Assembly (NCBI GenBank): GCA_951406725.2
Contig: OX597817.1
Coordinates: 176,328,001 to 176,392,000, forward strand
From: Octopus vulgaris
Lineage: Eukaryota
DNA: 64,000 bases
Direction of reading: 5' to 3'
A program made the translations under genes and the position numbers. How positions within the stretch are numbered: the stretch's first letter is position 1; every line of letters begins with the position of its first letter. Under the pieces are notes generated by a model. The model was not told the DNA's origin, searched no databases, and saw only the letters and a list, made by a program, of their open reading frames with translations. Of the stretch, positions 60,261 to 64,000 are shown piece by piece.

Positions 60261-60688
60261 TGTTTCTTTATTAGCCACACAGGGCTGCACACAGATAGAA
60301 CAAATTACAAGGTAGAGCTTTTCTTTTGAAGGTTTTAAGAAAAAAAAAAAAAGAAAAGGAAGGGGGAGTTTCGATCAAAAGGGATCGTAAAAGGAGAGAA
60401 AGAGGACAAAAAGAAGGGGGTTAAAAGAAAGGGGAGAGGAAAAAAATTGATCAATAGGGATCGTTATCACAGAAATGTCAATATGAAGTGTAAAGGGGAG
60501 GACAGGTGAGGTTTACCCGTGGAAAGAAAAAACTACGGAAAAGACCACGGTAACCTCGGACAATGAAGTCACATTTTATATTTCTTTTTTTTTTTTTTTT
60601 TTTTTTGCAAATAAGCAACTCTCTGTTTTCGATTTCTGGGTTCATAGGACAATGCTCAAGGTGGCTTCGTCATTCATACGTGCCATTA
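60261..60688 (-). mobile_element. 3' terminal fragment of a non-LTR retrotransposon (possibly L1/Tx1-like) inserted in the microsatellite
   Basis: The minus strand gives an apparent ORF end (...ARMNDEATLSIVL*, stop at 60642), a pyrimidine-rich 3' UTR and AATAAA (60267-60272) next to the (TAA)n flank. The clade is a guess. Confidence 0.55.
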
Positions 60689-60698
60689 TTAATAATAA

Positions 60699-60751
<53 letters not shown>

Positions 60752-60752
60752 C

Positions 60753-60806
<54 letters not shown>

Positions 60807-61077
60807 GTGTAGGAGTAGTAGTAGTAGTAATATTAATAGTAATAATAATAATAAAAATAATAATATTAATGATAATGATAATGATAATGAAAATAATAAT
60901 ATTAACAATAATGATAAAATTAATAATAATAATAATGATAAAAACATTATTAGTAATAGTTGTAGTAGTAGTAGTAGTAATAGTAATAGTAATTGTAATA
61001 ATAATATTAATAATAATTATAGTAGTAGTAGTTGTAGTTGTTGTAGTAGTAGTAATATTAATAGTAATATTAGTAGT

Positions 61078-61108
<31 letters not shown>

Positions 61109-61548
61109 GTAGTAGTATTGTTGTAACAGAAGTAGTAGTAGTAGTAGAAGTAGTGGTAGTAGCAGTAGTAGTAGAATTAGTATTAGTAATAATATTAATA
61201 ATAATAATAATAATAGTAGTAATAATAATAAGAATTAGAATAATATTAATAATAATAGTAGAAGTAGTAGTAATAGTAGTAGTTGTAATAGTAATAGTAG
61301 TATTAGTAGTAGTAGTAGTCGTAGTAATAATAATAATAATGATAATAAAAATAATAATGATAAAAATAATAATAAGATGAATAATGGCAGTAGTAGTAGT
61401 TGTAGTAATTGTAGTAGAAGTAATAGTAATTGTAATAATACTAATAATAATAAGAATAAGAATAAGAATGATATTAATAATAGTACTTGTATAGTATTAA
61501 TAGTAGTAGTAGTAGCATTAGTAGTAGTAGTAATATTAATGATAATAT

Positions 61549-61580
<32 letters not shown>

Positions 61581-62713
61581 TAATAATAATGATAATAATA
61601 ATAAGAATAGTAGTAGTAGTAGTAGTAGTAGTAAAAATAATAATAATATTAATAATAATAATAATAATGTTAATATTAATATTAATAATGATAATAATAA
61701 TAGTAGTAGTAGTAGTAGGTGTAGTGGTAGTTGTAGTAGTAATAGTAATATTAATGCTAATAGTAATAATAATAGTAATAGTAATTTTAATAATAATAAT
61801 AATAATAATATTTGTAGTAGTAGTAGTAGTAGTAGAAATAATAGTAATAAATATAATCATCATAATAATATTAATAATTATAATAATAATAATATTAATA
61901 ATAATAATAATAGCAGTAGTAGTAGTAGTAGTAGTAGTTGTAGTTTTATTGGTTGTAATAGAAATAATAATAATAATAATAATGATAATAGTAGTAGTAG
62001 TAGTAGAAGAAGTAGTAGTAATAGTAGTAGTAGTATTAGTCGTAGTAACAGTAGTAGTAATAGTGGTAGTAGTAGTACTACTGCTAGTAGTAGTATTTAA
62101 GGTAATAGTTATATTAATAATAAAAATAATAATAACAATAATAATAATATCATGAATAATATTAGTTGTAGTAGTAGTAGTAGTAGTGTTATTATTATTA
62201 TTATTATTATTATCATTATTATATTATCTATCATTATCATTTTCATTATCTTTATCATTATTATTACTATTACTACTACTACTATTACTACCACTACTAC
62301 TACTACCACTACTACTACTACTACTACTAATAATAATAATAATAATAATGATAATAATAATAATAATATTAATAATAATAATAATAATAATAGTAGTAGT
62401 AGTAATAGTAATTGTAATAATAATAAGTATGGTAGTAGTAGTAGTAGTTATAATAATAATAATATTAATAATAATATTAAGGATAATAATAATAATATTA
62501 AAAATGATTATAATAACATTAACAGGAGTAGTAGTAGTAGTAATAGTATTTTAATAGTATATTATTAATAACTATAATAATAATAGTAACAATAACAATA
62601 CGAATAATAGTAGTAGTAGTAGTTGTAGTAGAAGTAGTACTTTTATTATTGCTATTAATATTTCAATTATTATTACGGGTACTATTACTACTACTATTAT
62701 TATTAATATTATT

Positions 62714-62757
<44 letters not shown>

Positions 62758-63057
62758 TACAATTACTACTACTACTACTAATACTTCTACAAGTACAACT
62801 ACTACTACTACTACTACTACTACTACTGTTATCATTATTATTATTACTATGACAAATACTATTACTATTATTATTATTAATATAATGATTATTGTTATTA
62901 TCATAATCATTATCAATATTATTATTATTATTATTATCATTATTGCTATTACCATTATTATAAAAATTATTAATACCATTACAATTACTACTATTACTAC
63001 TAATACTATTACTAATATTATTATTGTTATTATAAATATTGTTATTTCTATATTATT

Positions 63058-63100
<43 letters not shown>

Positions 63101-63492
63101 GTAGTAATAGCAGTAGAAGTATTAGATGTAACAGTAGTAGTAGTAGTCATAGTAGTAATATTATTATCATTAGTAGTAGTAGTCGTCCTAATAGTAGTGC
63201 TAGTAGTATTAGTAGGATTAGTAATGGTAATAATAGTAAAATTAATAGTAATAGTAATAGTAATAATAATAATAATAATAATAATGGTAATGATAATTAT
63301 GGGAGTAGAAGTAGTAGTAGTACTGTTACTAATACTATTACTATTAATATTTCAACTACTACTCCTACTACTACTACTACTACTAATACTACTACTAATA
63401 TTATTCTTATTATTATCATTATTATTATTACTATTACTACGACAACTACTACTACTACAATGAAACTACTACTAGTACTGTTGTTATTATTA

Positions 63493-63527
<35 letters not shown>

Positions 63528-64000
63528 ATCACTATTATTATTATTATTATTATCTTTATTACTATTACTGCTGCCACTAAAACTACTAATGCTACTACTA
63601 TTACTATAATTATTATTATTATAATTATTATCATAATAATAATAATTATTTTTATTATTACTAATATTACTATTACTATTATTACTACTACTACTACTTT
63701 TCCTTCTGCTAATACTACTACTGCTACTACTACTACTACTACTAATATTGATATCATTATAATTATGATTATAATTATTATTATTAGTATTATTATTATC
63801 ATTATCATTATTAGTATTATTAATATTATTATTATTACAATTAATATTACTATTACAATTACTATTACTAATTCTACTATTATTACTATTACTACTACTA
63901 ATACTACTACTACTACTATTATTATTATTATTATAATTATTAATATTTATATTAATTATAATAATAATAATATTAATAATAATATGAAGAAGAAGAATAG

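Larger units (their letters stand above)
56962..64000. repeat. Second compound TAG/TAA microsatellite field, with two embedded islands and polarity switches
   Basis: Same vocabulary as 11822-16420. Islands at 59222-59735 and 60261-60688. Switches near 62190, 62330, 62640, 63060 and 63325. Confidence 0.95.

Overview
Eukaryotic, AT-rich, repeat-dominated DNA. The SINE/LINE repertoire looks like an octopus (coleoid cephalopod) genome; this is inferred from recognition, not a database search. The only host gene I can support is the 3' end of an ABCC-family, SUR/ABCC8-9-like ABC protein on the minus strand. It has six GT-AG exons with consistent phases (30647 to 25001), and its NBD2 has degenerate Walker A, Q-loop, signature and Walker B motifs. 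The rest of the window is three RTE-clade LINE copies (PHD-like finger after the RT core, structured tandem module in the 3' UTR), a CR1 3' fragment, a decayed Chapaev3-like transposase, many tRNA-derived SINEs, foldback elements, two multi-kb minisatellites, a degenerate ~3-4 kb tandem segmental repeat and two large polarity-switching (TAG/TAA)n fields. The most striking object is a ~540 bp island at 14758-15299 inside a microsatellite field. It carries a minimal type I hammerhead ribozyme (U3-A8 variant) at the tip of a long hairpin. An adjacent inverted fragment reads across the end-to-start junction of the element, implying a ~363-nt circular or tandem template (candidate retrozyme / Penelope-like pseudo-LTR). 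Most ORFs in the supplied track are translations of simple repeats.
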